DNA of 64,000 nucleotides. Source: Anthoceros angustus. Taxonomy: Eukaryota; Plantae; Anthocerotophyta. The stretch lies in contig VJWM01000068.1 of assembly GCA_010909165.1 (NCBI GenBank), forward strand, positions 682,001 through 746,000, given 5' to 3'. Positions 62,601-64,000 of this stretch are shown in pieces (the stretch's first letter is position 1; every line of letters starts with the position of its first letter). The position numbers were made by a program, and so were the translations under genes. The notes beneath the pieces were generated by a model. The model did not search any database, was not told the DNA's origin, and saw only the letters and a list, made by a program, of their open reading frames with translations.

Positions 62601-64000
62601 TGTTAAATCCATCTATATTAGAAACAAAATAGAAGTAAAATAATATAACACACCTTTTATCTTTGGGTCTAAAACTAACCTTAAAAAATAGAATTGACTT
62701 GATGTACTTACTTCGATTGATAACACACCAAAAATCTCAAAATGGAATAAACAGATGGATCTCTTTCCACACATATATAGAGTTAAACATGCATAATGTA
62801 TCGATAATAAACTTTTAAGCTCGAATAGTCTTTGTGAGAATTTCACTCTACATATAATTAAAGTGTAAAATGTAATATTTTATATATTTTATAATGAATT
62901 AAATATGCAGAGATGGAAGTCTCGTCTACACTAGGGTGACGGGGAATAACCCTCTAGTGGGGAGCAACCCTCTAGAGGGAGGGCCCAGCCAAGGGAGTAG
63001 GCCCCTCAATGTCTACTCTCAAGCTACCCTACTAGAAATCCTTGTCCATGTTACACTTTTGTTAAGATTGGACCCTGGATGTTACACTTATTGCAATTTT
63101 GGGTCTATATAGCACTTATTCAGCCCCTTGTTACAAGAGGTTTGGAATATCGAGGATATTACTCCTTCAAATGCAATGAAGAGGACCACATGCTCTGTTT
63201 CCTAAGATACAAGATTTTACAAGCACCAACATAGTCGACCATGACAATTCCCACACCACAATGATTTGGACCCTGGATGTTACACTTATGTTGCAATTTT
63301 AGGTCCATATTACAATGAGGTTTAAGGTTTTTCCCTTTGCGGATCGGTCTTTGGGATGGAGTGCGTATCTTGAGTCACTTTAATTATAATTTTGAGCCTA
63401 CTTGAAACTTTGGAGCATGCTTGCGGGCATAGGGCATGTCCGTGTCACTCACGGGCTCAGCCTTATCCCTCACTTTTGGAGGAGGAGGAGGAGGAGTCTT
63501 TGTCCATCATGTTATTTACCCCCATTTTATTAGTGTTTGGTAAGACTAAGGGATAGAATGACTACATGGTGTGTGCGAATAAGTTAAATAAATTGAAATC
63601 AAAGAAAGTGCAGTTATGAGGATGGAGTGAGATGAGAGAGATAGACTCATGTTACGTCATGTTGCAATAATGGTGTGGGAAAAATTATTTAACCCATGTA
63701 TAGGTGACTTGGGTAACTTTATTCAATACAACAAGATAGGATTCTCTAGAACTAAATGATATGAAATTGCGAAAATTGGGTTGGAGACTATATTAAATAA
63801 GTAGAGATAGGGTGAGCCCATATACCATAAGACACCTAACCCCAGTGGCCGACTTACTCAAATCGAGACTTTGAGGTCGGTTTAGAAACTCGACAAAAAT
63901 ATGGGACCCCAATGAATTAAGCATGCCATAGAGTTAGATCCGCTTTACATTCCGCACCTCTAGATCTACAAAGCGAAAAGATTGGACCATAACAACATTT

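Overview
Eukaryotic nuclear DNA from a land plant, most likely a fern or other seed-free plant (inferred from PLS-class PPR style, GT-AG introns and plant TE families). The core is a pair of intact paralogous receptor-like kinases, RLK-A (5836-8305) and RLK-B (44337-46848). Both have an unusual architecture: signal peptide, ricin-B (QxW, beta-trefoil) lectin, a single DUF642/galactose-binding-like module, TM helix and a URK-1-like RD kinase with one intron. The ~16 kb block between them is present twice (period ~20.2 kb), with a frameshifted B/A mosaic RLK at the junction (24041-28328). That fits unequal crossing-over, but several features point to a long-read assembly or polishing artefact. 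Each block copy contains a nested PIF/Harbinger element carrying a 4-bp-TSD TIR element, PPR and NAD+ synthetase pseudogene fragments, an intronless CIPK-like kinase cut by a pogo-like element, an RLK-PPR fusion remnant, a LINE tail and a CACTA transposase remnant. The right third holds LINE tails and copia, CACTA, PPR and LTR-retrotransposon remnants. No rRNA, tRNA or CRISPR was found.
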